A stretch of DNA of 24,825 bases from Actinomycetota bacterium (GTDB lineage Bacteria; Actinomycetota; Actinomycetes; S36-B12; UBA5976), in NCBI GenBank assembly GCA_009702945.1, contig WLGZ01000001.1, positions 1 through 24,825 on the forward strand. Direction: 5' to 3'. Below the pieces are notes generated by a model, which saw only the letters and a program-made list of their open reading frames with translations, was not told where the DNA came from and ran no database searches. Below are positions 7,650-15,988 of this stretch, piece by piece. The translations under genes and the position numbers were made by a program. Position 1 is the first letter of the stretch. Each line of letters starts with the position of its first letter.

Positions 7650-8537
7650 TTACACCTTTTCCTGAGTACGTTTCCCAAAAATACCATTGGGGAAAATTGA
7701 CAAGATGATAACCACGATCGTGTAAGTGATCGCATCACGATATGGCATTACATTCGGTGGCAACCAAGTCTGTAGCGCGATTTCAATTGCGCTCAATATG
7801 AATCCGCCTGCTACTGCTCCAGTTAGGCTTCCAAGTCCACCAATTACTGCCACAATAAATGCCGCTAACACTGGCTTGAATCCCATTAAGGGGTCAACTG
7901 AACCTCTTTGGATTACCCAAAGCACGCCAGCGACACCAGCTAGTAATCCAGACAACAAAAAGGCAAACGAAATCAATCTAGATGCCTTAACGCCCATTAA
8001 GCCAACAATTTCAAAGTCATCGGCCGCAGCTCTAATTGCCCAGCCCCAATAACTTCGGTCGAAAAAGAACTTAAGGGCTAACAGCGCAAGAACACCAACT
8101 GTGATCGACATGATTTGTACTTTTGAAATCTGAGAATTACCAATCGAAAGCGAAGTAGTTAACCAAGTTGGTACCGGGACTGCTTGACCTCTAGGTGAGA
8201 TTCCATTTTGAAACAAAACTTGGAGCAACATCGAAACTGCGAAGCTTGTCATAAGTAGAGTTGCGCCACTGGCATTCCGAACAGGTCTGAAAGCGGCAAA
8301 TTCCATCAAGGCCGCAGAAATGCCACCTGCAATTACAGCCACGAAAACCGCCAACCAGAACGGCTGTCCCGTCAAGATTCCAGCGAGAAGAACATAACCG
8401 GTTAGGGTCATTAATTCACCGTGTGCAAAGTTAATAAGTCCCAGCACACTGAATATGACTGCCAAACCAAGTGCTAATAGTGCATAAGTGCCACCTAGCG
8501 AGATGACATTTACAAGGTAGGAAATTAGAGCATCCAC
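7650..8537 (-). CDS. Branched-chain amino acid/amide-type ABC permease (LivH-like)
   Basis: YALLALGLAVIFSVLGLINFAHGE, GWAIRAAADD, MGV, VIGGLGS motifs; multiple TM segments; GTG start overlaps the upstream TAG. Confidence 0.9.
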   Translation of the reverse strand: MDALISYLVNVISLGGTYALLALGLAVIFSVLGLINFAHGELMTLTGYVLLAGILTGQPFWLAVFVAVIAGGISAALMEFAAFRPVRNASGATLLMTSFAVSMLLQVLFQNGISPRGQAVPVPTWLTTSLSIGNSQISKVQIMSITVGVLALLALKFFFDRSYWGWAIRAAADDFEIVGLMGVKASRLISFAFLLSGLLAGVAGVLWVIQRGSVDPLMGFKPVLAAFIVAVIGGLGSLTGAVAGGFILSAIEIALQTWLPPNVMPYRDAITYTIVVIILSIFPNGIFGKRTQEKV

Positions 8538-9247
8538 TACTCAGCACCTCCTAAGTAAACCTTTTTAACTTCGTCGGAAGTTCTTAAGTCTGCAGCTAGG
8601 CCTTCAAGTGCAATCTCTCCAGTAGACATTGCATATGCGCGATCGGCGAATTTAAGAACTCGCATTACTTCTTGTTCCACAATGACCATGGCAAGGCCAG
8701 TCTTGCGCAAGTCGGACAACAACTGATAAACCGCATCAACAATTGTCGGGGCTAAGCCAAGAGATGGCTCATCAATTAATAAAAGTTTTGGTCGAGACAT
8801 TAATGCTCGAGCGATTGCAACTTGCTGTTGTTCGCCACCGGACAAAGTTCCGGAAACTTGTTGGAGTCTTTCCCGAAGAATCGGAAGGCGATTTAATAAA
8901 TCATCGAATAAGTCATCGGACTTGGCTTTACGTGGTGCACCTAGCATCAGATTTTCGCGCACTGTTAGATGAGGAAAAAGTCGACGCCCTTCGGGCACTA
9001 ACGACAGTCCCAACGAAACAATTCGTTCAGTTGGCGCACCGGTGATATCTTGACCCGCAAAATTTACCGCGCCTTGGGATTTAATCAAACCCACAATTGC
9101 TCGTAAAGTTGAAGATTTGCCCGCACCATTAGGGCCAAGGAGGGCGACTACTTCGCCCTCCTTGACCTCAAGGTTGCTGCCGCGCACAGCCTTAACCGCT
9201 CCATATGAAATGGAAAGGTCTGTGGTTGTCAGCAGTGTGTTACTCAT
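8537..9247 (-). CDS. ABC ATPase (LivF-like)
   Basis: Walker A GPNGAGKS, VPEGRRLF, signature LSGGEQQ, Walker B LLLIDEPSLGLAP. Confidence 0.93.
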   Translation of the reverse strand: MSNTLLTTTDLSISYGAVKAVRGSNLEVKEGEVVALLGPNGAGKSSTLRAIVGLIKSQGAVNFAGQDITGAPTERIVSLGLSLVPEGRRLFPHLTVRENLMLGAPRKAKSDDLFDDLLNRLPILRERLQQVSGTLSGGEQQQVAIARALMSRPKLLLIDEPSLGLAPTIVDAVYQLLSDLRKTGLAMVIVEQEVMRVLKFADRAYAMSTGEIALEGLAADLRTSDEVKKVYLGGAE

Positions 9248-9249
9248 TT

Positions 9250-10482
9250 CTACAACTGAGCCTTTGGCACGGTTGCAGGATCTGGAGAGAACGTTCCAAC
9301 AAGTGAACGTTCGCTGTTCTTGATTTCAACCAAGGCAACTTCACGAATAGCCATGCGATCGCCACCCTTGTAGCTGATTGCTCCAGTTATGCCTTGAGCG
9401 CCTTCAAGATTTGACCATGCTTGCCAAATCGCATCTGCGTCACAGCTCTGTGCCTGCTTAACAACAGCGTCAAGGGTAAGTCCTAGTTCATAACCTGTTA
9501 CCGCATAGATGGTCTCAGGATCTTTACCGTACTTACCGTTGTAGTCAGTGAAGAAAGTGCTCATTGCGCCTTCATTCTTCAATACACCAGCAGTTGTGTA
9601 GGTAACACCTTCAGCAATATCTGCAAGCGCCAATGTTGTAGGTGAATCGATACCATCTGTTCCAAGAACAGCGGCAGTGATTCCTGCGCCACGTAGTGCC
9701 TTAATGAAGGTTGGGAAATCAGGCTCATACGCAGGAGTCATGATGACATCTGGCGCTGGACTTAGTGCCTTGATTTCATCAACAATCACGCTGAAGCTTG
9801 CTTGTCCCATTGAGAAGGTGCCTTCTCCGACAACTTTGCCACCGTTAGCTTCAAATGCTTCTTTGAAATAGCCTGGCAACAAGTTTGTGTAGGCACTATC
9901 AGGTGATCCAAGTGTGTATGCATTCTTGTAACCCATTTCGGTTGCATGGTCTGCAAGAACCTTGGCTTGTGTGTTGTCACCAAATGCATTTGAGAACATG
10001 TGGTCGCCAACTGCAAGCGGCAAAATTGGCGAGGAGCCAAACCAAGATACGGCAGCAATGCCAGCATCCTGAGCCAACTGACCGGCTGCGATTGATGGGT
10101 CAGCATCGCCAGGAGTGATCAGGATACTGATTTCCTCAGCTACCAATTCAGCTGCCACGGTTGCGGATTGTGCCGCATCCGAGCGAGTGTCCTTGACTAC
10201 TGTTTCAATCGTAAACTTTCCGTCTACTCCACCAGCGGCATTAACTTGCTCTGCCCATAGTTCAAATCCCTCAAGATTTGGTACGTCAATGTATGCAAGG
10301 CCACCAGTCTGGCTTCCCGCTACACCAACTTTTACCGTGCAGGCCGCACCAGCTGCAGGAGCAGTTGCTTCGCCGCTCGCTGTGGCTTCTCCGTCACCAC
10401 TAGCACAAGCAGACAAAAGCATGATTGCACTTAGGCTCACGGCCATCTTTGTGACCTTAGAAGGTCCAGACTTTCGTTGCAT
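9250..10482 (-). CDS. ABC substrate-binding lipoprotein, LivK/Leu-binding type I periplasmic-binding fold (start refined to ATG 10482)
   Basis: Lipobox LLSAC after a basic N-terminus; GSQTGGLA, DTRSDA, VLGTDG motifs. SD AAAGGT 8-9 nt before ATG 10482, which removes the overlap with the upstream gene. Confidence 0.88.
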   Translation of the reverse strand: MQRKSGPSKVTKMAVSLSAIMLLSACASGDGEATASGEATAPAAGAACTVKVGVAGSQTGGLAYIDVPNLEGFELWAEQVNAAGGVDGKFTIETVVKDTRSDAAQSATVAAELVAEEISILITPGDADPSIAAGQLAQDAGIAAVSWFGSSPILPLAVGDHMFSNAFGDNTQAKVLADHATEMGYKNAYTLGSPDSAYTNLLPGYFKEAFEANGGKVVGEGTFSMGQASFSVIVDEIKALSPAPDVIMTPAYEPDFPTFIKALRGAGITAAVLGTDGIDSPTTLALADIAEGVTYTTAGVLKNEGAMSTFFTDYNGKYGKDPETIYAVTGYELGLTLDAVVKQAQSCDADAIWQAWSNLEGAQGITGAISYKGGDRMAIREVALVEIKNSERSLVGTFSPDPATVPKAQL

Positions 10483-10489
10483 TAGTTCA

Positions 10490-12319
10490 CTACCTTTCGT
10501 TATTTGTTGTTGTTTTTTCATCAACTGATGATTCTTCTCCCCAGCCTAAATATGCAGCATGCACTTCGGGTAGAGATAAGATTGTTTCTGGATCTCCCTG
10601 GGCAATTACCCGGCCGTGATCCAAGACGGTTAGCGAATCGCAGGCTGATCTAATCAACGTCACATCGTGATCGATCAGTAGCATGCCAGCGTTTGCTTGC
10701 TTCATGATTTGGCGAAATTGAGCCAAGAGTTCAGCTGATTCTGCTGGATTCATTCCAGCAGCTGGTTCATCAAGAAGAAGAACGGAAGGCTTAAGCGCAA
10801 GAGCTCTAGCAATTTCTACGCGTCGCTGATCGCCGAATGAAAGTTCGCCGGCAAATCGATACGCGTGATGCATAACGCCAACTTGATTAAGTAGGGATAG
10901 TGCAGATTTATCAGAATCCTTAACTGATTCACCAGCAGAGATGCAAGCAACAACGACGTTGTCCAATACTGTCAACTCTTTAAACAGTCTGATGTTCTGG
11001 AAAGTGCGACCGAGACCAGACCTAGCGCGCTTCCAAGTTTTTTCCTTGCTGATCTTTAGGTCGCCAAGGTGAATTTCCGCAGAATCGGCCTTAGAAATGC
11101 CAGTGATGCAGTTGACCATAGTTGACTTGCCTGAGCCATTTGGTCCAATCAATCCGGAGATTTTGCCTCGCTCGACAAACATGCTGGCATCATCAAGGGC
11201 GACTAAACCTGAGAATCGCTTGGTGATGTTAGTTGCAGTTAAAACTGGCTTACCGGACGGGAGTTGTTCGGCAACTGGAATTGTTGCATCAAGATTCGGT
11301 GAGTCCCCACGATACGCAGAAATTTCCTCAGGTTCATGGAAGCCCATAATTCCCTTTGGCCTCAGATACAGAGTCAATAAAATAATGATTGCAAGGCCTG
11401 CATTGGTTAAACCAAACAAGCCAATGCTGTCGCCAATCTTTCGCAAGTTTTCTATAACGGCCATTACAAGAACAACCCCAACGACTGCGCCGGCTACCGA
11501 ACCTGAGCCACCCACAATCAGCATTGTTAAAAGTGTCAAAGTTAATGTGAAGTAGAAATCTTTCGGCGAAAATGCACCAAGAAGACCGGCATAACATGCA
11601 CCCATTCCACCCGCGACAGCTGCCGAAAGCACCCAGGCTTTGAATTGACTTCGTTGGATGCGCACACCAGCGCTCGAAGCTGCAATAACGTCATCACGTG
11701 AAGCCCTGACATGGATTCCAGTTTTTGAATCTCTAAACCATCGAGCAATAATCAATGCGATTATTGCAACTGTTGCCGCAACCGGAACGCTGGTAAAGCG
11801 CTTAACGCCATAAAACGTCTGACTACCTCTGGTGAAATCTTCAGCACCAACAAGCGTGCTGTGAATAATGATTAGAATTCCAACCGTAGCAATCGATGCA
11901 GAATCCCGAAGTCTGGCAATTACTAAACCTGATAGCGCTCCCACAAGCGTTGCTGCTAGCACTCCGCACAACATGGCAATTGGAAAGATAAATGTTGTAT
12001 CTTGCAAGAACACTGGGAGCGTTGAAAGCGATGTCTGCTTAACAATTGGAGTCATGGACAAGATGCCAGTTGTATAAGCCGAAACGCCAACAAAACCGAC
12101 GTGACCGAAACTTAGAATGCCACTATTGCCACTAAATATTTGAAGCGCTAACACGCCAATTAAAAGCGTCAAAGCATTTGCCAAAAGTAGTTGAGGTGCC
12201 TTCGACATGCCGTTTCCGAAGAGGCCCACCAAGGCAATCAAAAGTGACCAAAAAACCATGGACGTATAGCGTCTGGACAATCGGGATTTAGTCAGGGCTT
12301 CAGGAATAAGTTTCAACAC
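10490..12319 (-). CDS. Fused ABC permease (LivM-like) and ATPase (LivG-like)
   Basis: N-terminal TM domain with GILSFGHVGFVG and IVGGSGS; C-terminal GPNGSGKS, RTFQNIRLF, LSFGDQRR, LLLDEPAAG, LIDHD. Confidence 0.92.
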   Translation of the reverse strand: MLKLIPEALTKSRLSRRYTSMVFWSLLIALVGLFGNGMSKAPQLLLANALTLLIGVLALQIFSGNSGILSFGHVGFVGVSAYTTGILSMTPIVKQTSLSTLPVFLQDTTFIFPIAMLCGVLAATLVGALSGLVIARLRDSASIATVGILIIIHSTLVGAEDFTRGSQTFYGVKRFTSVPVAATVAIIALIIARWFRDSKTGIHVRASRDDVIAASSAGVRIQRSQFKAWVLSAAVAGGMGACYAGLLGAFSPKDFYFTLTLTLLTMLIVGGSGSVAGAVVGVVLVMAVIENLRKIGDSIGLFGLTNAGLAIIILLTLYLRPKGIMGFHEPEEISAYRGDSPNLDATIPVAEQLPSGKPVLTATNITKRFSGLVALDDASMFVERGKISGLIGPNGSGKSTMVNCITGISKADSAEIHLGDLKISKEKTWKRARSGLGRTFQNIRLFKELTVLDNVVVACISAGESVKDSDKSALSLLNQVGVMHHAYRFAGELSFGDQRRVEIARALALKPSVLLLDEPAAGMNPAESAELLAQFRQIMKQANAGMLLIDHDVTLIRSACDSLTVLDHGRVIAQGDPETILSLPEVHAAYLGWGEESSVDEKTTTNNER

Positions 12320-12418
12320 CGCACCCCATTCCCCTCATACAGGCTTTCTTTGAATCAAACCCTAGGAAGTAAGGGGCGTCAAGGGAAACGGGGAAACAGG
12401 TGCAATTGGTTACGTTCG

Positions 12419-13231
12419 CTATTCCTCGGTCTTTATGTAAGGGGTGCCGTTATCCCATAATTGGCAAGTTAACTTCAGGTTTGCAGTCAGATTTCGGATT
12501 ATCCCTTCATGTGATGGGTTTATCACAATAAAGACCCCTCCTGAGAATTCACTATCATCGCGCCTTAAAGAATCGGCAATTCGATCAAGTGGCTGGAAAT
12601 GCATGCCTTCCCAGCCGATGCTTCGGTAGGTGTCGGCACAAATTGCAAGCTTGTTTTTGCCACCCTGGGCCCAGCCCATGATTCCGATGTAGTGGCCTAC
12701 ATTCCAATCGGCTGGTGGCTCTTGAACCTTATGTCCAGATAGGAATCCAAAAGCCGTTGCCGGTTCGGATTTACCACCCCACAAGAAGCGTGTGGCACTA
12801 TTTGCAATCAATAATGCAGGTTGATTTAGGTCAACTAATGCTTCGAGGAGGTTTTCTATAATTTCTGCAGTCCACTCGCCTCGCAACGGTATTGCAACAA
12901 GTTTTGAATCAGCTAGTTCATTAGTTGCAACCAAAAGACCTTCAGGTGAAGTACCAGTTATGTTGCTGTCATCAATACGCGGCAATTCAAGAATGTAGTC
13001 AGACCGACCAGCATCATTTGGAGGTAGTGATTCATTAGTTTGAATCTTGCTTAGGATTGAGCCCGCAGCGAGGCCAACGTGATCTTGTTCAACTTTTACT
13101 GAGGCCAGCGCACGAAGCGCAAGAGTGATCCAAAATGCACCGCACAACTCATTTTTTTGCGGCATTTCACTTGCATGTTCAGCAAGTAAAAGTTCAGATC
13201 CGGGCAACATTTGGATTGTGTATTGACTCAT
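12419..13231 (-). CDS. Hypothetical protein with papain-like (phytochelatin synthase / C39-like) Cys-His-Asp motifs
   Basis: PQKNELCG (Q25, C30), VGHY (H180), CADTY (D200); no signal peptide. The fold is inferred from motif order only. Confidence 0.6.
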   Translation of the reverse strand: MSQYTIQMLPGSELLLAEHASEMPQKNELCGAFWITLALRALASVKVEQDHVGLAAGSILSKIQTNESLPPNDAGRSDYILELPRIDDSNITGTSPEGLLVATNELADSKLVAIPLRGEWTAEIIENLLEALVDLNQPALLIANSATRFLWGGKSEPATAFGFLSGHKVQEPPADWNVGHYIGIMGWAQGGKNKLAICADTYRSIGWEGMHFQPLDRIADSLRRDDSEFSGGVFIVINPSHEGIIRNLTANLKLTCQLWDNGTPYIKTEE

Positions 13232-13238
13232 GTCGCCA

Positions 13239-13244
13239 AGGCTA
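13239..13244 (-). promoter_or_regulatory. -10 element TAGCCT of a probable leaderless transcript starting the accessory cluster
   Basis: TAGCCT 7 nt upstream of ATG 13231, the same hexamer and spacing as at kynU; no SD. Confidence 0.55.
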
Positions 13245-13287
13245 ACAGGGTCACACCCAAATTTTGTCGGGGTATCTGAATGAATTT

Positions 13288-14913
13288 TTAGTCCACATTG
13301 TCCATTGAGTCAGAACCCATTCCACCTGGTGCTTCAGGTGTGGTCTTTTGAACCTGCATCAAGAAGTCAAGGTTGCTCTTGGTTTCGCGAAGCTTAGTTA
13401 GCAAAAGTTCAAGAGCTTGCTGGGAATCAAGTGCGTGAAGCACGCGACGAAGCTTCCAGATGACCTTAAGTTCATCAGCAGCAAGAAGAATTTCTTCGCG
13501 ACGAGTTCCGGATGCTTCAACATCAACCGCTGGGAAGATACGACGATCTGCCAGGCGACGATCCAGCTTAAGTTCCATGTTGCCAGTTCCCTTGAATTCT
13601 TCGAAGATAACTTCGTCCATTCGAGATCCGGTATCAACAAGAGCTGTAGCCAAGATTGTTAGTGAGCCACCCTCTTCGATGTTGCGAGCAGCACCGAAGA
13701 ACTTCTTTGGTGGATACAACGCAGCTGAGTCAACACCACCGGAAAGAATACGGCCGGATGCTGGCGCCGATAGGTTGTACGCACGACCAAGACGAGTCAT
13801 TGAGTCCAAAAGAACTACAACGTCATGTCCCATTTCAACCAAACGCTTTGCGCGCTCAATGGCAAGTTCAGCAATTGTGGTGTGGTCTTCAGCTGGACGG
13901 TCGAAAGTTGAAGCAATAACTTCACCCTTAACTGAGCGCTGCATGTCGGTAACTTCTTCAGGTCGTTCATCTACCAAAACAACCATCAAGTGAACTTCAG
14001 GATTGTTTTCAGCAATCGCATTTGCAATGTTCTGCAAAATCATGGTCTTGCCCGCCTTTGGTGGCGAAACAATCAGACCGCGCTGACCCTTACCAATCGG
14101 TGCAACCAAGTCAATTACACGAGTAACTAAGTTGTTTGGCACGGTTTCAAGGCGCAAGCGATCCTGTGGGTAAAGCGGAGTTAGCTTGCCGAAATCAACG
14201 CGCTTAATTGCTTCGTCTGGTTCAAGTCCATTAATGGACTCGATGCGAACAAGTGGGTTGAACTTCTGTGGGCGATCACCTTCGCGTGGCTGCTTAACCT
14301 GACCAGTTACTGCATCACCCTTACGAAGTGAGAAACGTTTAACTAATCCCATTGACACATAAACGTCGTTTGGACCTGGCAAGTAGCCAGAAGTACGAAC
14401 GAATGCGTAATTGTCGAGAATGTCGATGATTCCAGCCACTGGCAAAAGAACATCGTCATCAGAAACTTCTAAATCGTAATCGCGATCTCCACCACGGGCG
14501 CCACGATTGTTACGACCATTGCTGTTGCGATCATTGCGATCACGTCCACGGCGGTTACGTCCGTTGCGATCATTACGATCGCTACGATCGTTGCGGTCAC
14601 CACGATCATTGCGATCGTTGCCTTCAGATTCGCCATCGTTGTTACGAGGCGCGCGCTCTTCACGTTCTTCACGTGGTGCACGTTCTTCACGTGGTGCGCG
14701 CTCTTCTTTTGCTGATTCGCTCTTAGCAGCGCCAGCTGGGCGGGATGCAGAACGACTGCCTCTACCGCCACCTTGCTTGGCACCAATTGCCTTAACAAGT
14801 TCGGCTTTGCGCATTCCAGAAGCGCCATCAATTCCCAGACCGGCAGCCATTGTCTTTAGTTCTGGAAGAAGTTTTGAGTTCAGCCCTTTATCTTGGGCAG
14901 TTGTCTCGGTCAC
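13288..14913 (-). CDS. rho: Transcription termination factor Rho with an actinobacterial N-terminal insertion
   Basis: LPELKTMA...MRKAEL N-terminal helix, [61 protein letters not shown] start with AAAGGA SD. Confidence 0.99.
   Translation of the reverse strand: MTETTAQDKGLNSKLLPELKTMAAGLGIDGASGMRKAELVKAIGAKQGGGRGSRSASRPAGAAKSESAKEERAPREERAPREEREERAPRNNDGESEGNDRNDRGDRNDRSDRNDRNGRNRRGRDRNDRNSNGRNNRGARGGDRDYDLEVSDDDVLLPVAGIIDILDNYAFVRTSGYLPGPNDVYVSMGLVKRFSLRKGDAVTGQVKQPREGDRPQKFNPLVRIESINGLEPDEAIKRVDFGKLTPLYPQDRLRLETVPNNLVTRVIDLVAPIGKGQRGLIVSPPKAGKTMILQNIANAIAENNPEVHLMVVLVDERPEEVTDMQRSVKGEVIASTFDRPAEDHTTIAELAIERAKRLVEMGHDVVVLLDSMTRLGRAYNLSAPASGRILSGGVDSAALYPPKKFFGAARNIEEGGSLTILATALVDTGSRMDEVIFEEFKGTGNMELKLDRRLADRRIFPAVDVEASGTRREEILLAADELKVIWKLRRVLHALDSQQALELLLTKLRETKSNLDFLMQVQKTTPEAPGGMGSDSMDNVD
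14510..14706 (-). repeat. Low-complexity repeats in the Rho insertion: EERAPR repeats, including an exact 18-bp tandem duplication at 14662-14697, and RND/RNG tripeptide repeats
   Basis: acgttcttcacgtggtgc occurs twice in tandem. The protein reads [21 protein letters not shown]...[32 protein letters not shown]. Confidence 0.9.
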
Positions 14914-14961
14914 GTATGTGTCCTTTATGTTTTGAGTGGTTTTAGATCCAGCAGTAATGCA

Positions 14962-14995
14962 CGGAATTTTCGCGAGAATTTTTGCGGGATTTTCG
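14962..14995. repeat. Three imperfect 11-12 bp tandem repeats in the rho 5' leader
   Basis: CGGAATTTTCG / CGAGAATTTTTG / CGGGATTTTCG. Confidence 0.65.
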
Positions 14996-15021
14996 GTGAA
15001 AGAGATTCAACCGATGTCTTA

Positions 15022-15030
15022 AGACTAGCA
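15022..15030 (-). promoter_or_regulatory. Extended -10 (TGC-TAGTCT) of rho, giving a ~100-nt leader
   Basis: TGn plus TAnnnT, followed by a 5' hairpin at 15014-14993. The same hexamer occurs before argS. Confidence 0.55.
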
Positions 15031-15073
15031 GGTCCAGCACTTTGACGCGAAATTGCCTTCAAATCTTGAGGTT

Positions 15074-15988
15074 TTAATCCGCTTCGGGTGCAACGTCATT
15101 GTTGTCAGGAATCGCGCCTTCGTCCGCGACGCCCACAGGAGCTGCAGTAAACCCAGATTTAGCAATGATTTCCGAAGCCTGGGTAACCTGATCACTGGTA
15201 CTTAAGGCAATTACAGTCGGGCCTGCCCCGCTGATGCAGGCAGCAATTTGTGCCTCACGCAGTTGGGCAACTAGTTCCATAGATTCTGGATAAGCCTGGG
15301 CGCGAAATGGTTGATGCAACTTATCTTCAGTTGCTTCCAACAAGAAATCTGGATCACCAATCATGGCAGCAACTAGCAGTGCTGATCTACCGGCATTAAA
15401 TGCTGCATCGACATGAGGGATTGATTCTGGAATTAATCCTCGTGCCTTGTGAGTATCTAACTCAGTCTGCGGGATACCCAGTACTGGGCAAACATCTGGA
15501 TGAACATTCATTGAAACTGAATTTGCTTTGCCATCATCTTCCAGCCAAGCAATAGTCATGGCGCCTAGTAAGCAAGCAGCAACATTGTCTGGATGTCCTT
15601 CGATGGTATTAGCCATCTGCAACAATTCGTCTTCGCTAGCACGTGCATAAGTTAACTCGCTAGCCAGAACTAGACCGGCAACAATTGCCGCGGCACTCGA
15701 CCCCAGGCCTCGACCTTGCGGAATTGCGTTCTTGCATTCAACATGCAGCCCGGTGACATCCGTGCCGAATGCTTTGCAGGCATCAATGATTGTTTTGGCA
15801 ATCAAGTGAGTGCCATCAGTTGGAAGTTTGCCAGCACCTTGGCCCGTTACTTCAACAGTGATCTTGTTGTCGTCAGTAAATTGCGCAGTGACAAAGTCGC
15901 GAATCTCAAGAGCTAATCCAAGGGCGTCATAACCAGGTCCAAGATTGGCGCTGGTTGCCGGAACTGAAACCGAAACTATGCGTGACAT
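15074..15988 (-). CDS. thrB: Homoserine kinase
   Basis: VPATSANLGPGYD, IPQGRGLGSSAAA (GHMP motif), EGHPDNVA, ISGAGPT. The start overlaps the thrC stop (TAATG). Confidence 0.97.
   Translation of the reverse strand: MSRIVSVSVPATSANLGPGYDALGLALEIRDFVTAQFTDDNKITVEVTGQGAGKLPTDGTHLIAKTIIDACKAFGTDVTGLHVECKNAIPQGRGLGSSAAAIVAGLVLASELTYARASEDELLQMANTIEGHPDNVAACLLGAMTIAWLEDDGKANSVSMNVHPDVCPVLGIPQTELDTHKARGLIPESIPHVDAAFNAGRSALLVAAMIGDPDFLLEATEDKLHQPFRAQAYPESMELVAQLREAQIAACISGAGPTVIALSTSDQVTQASEIIAKSGFTAAPVGVADEGAIPDNNDVAPEAD

Noticed and set aside
3350-11597. Antisense ORFs within the cluster (3350-3745, 7726-8052, 8743-9045, 10115-10528, 11097-11555 and others)
   Set aside because: Fully overlap well-supported opposite-strand genes; Ser/Pro/Thr-rich composition typical of antisense frames.
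12383-12413. GAAAC/GTTAC pentamers resembling a GlnR box upstream of the transporter
   Set aside because: The spacing is 8 and 16 bp rather than the 11-bp periodicity of GlnR a/b sites.
14510-14706. CRISPR-like or mobile repeat interpretation of the tandem repeats
   Set aside because: The repeats are in-frame coding repeats within rho, with no spacers and no cas genes.
13398-14935. Long alternative-frame and antisense ORFs over rho (e.g. 13460-13993 +, 14507-14935 +, 14469-14831 -)
   Set aside because: Shadows of a conserved gene and of its low-complexity repeat; no independent start signals or domain motifs.
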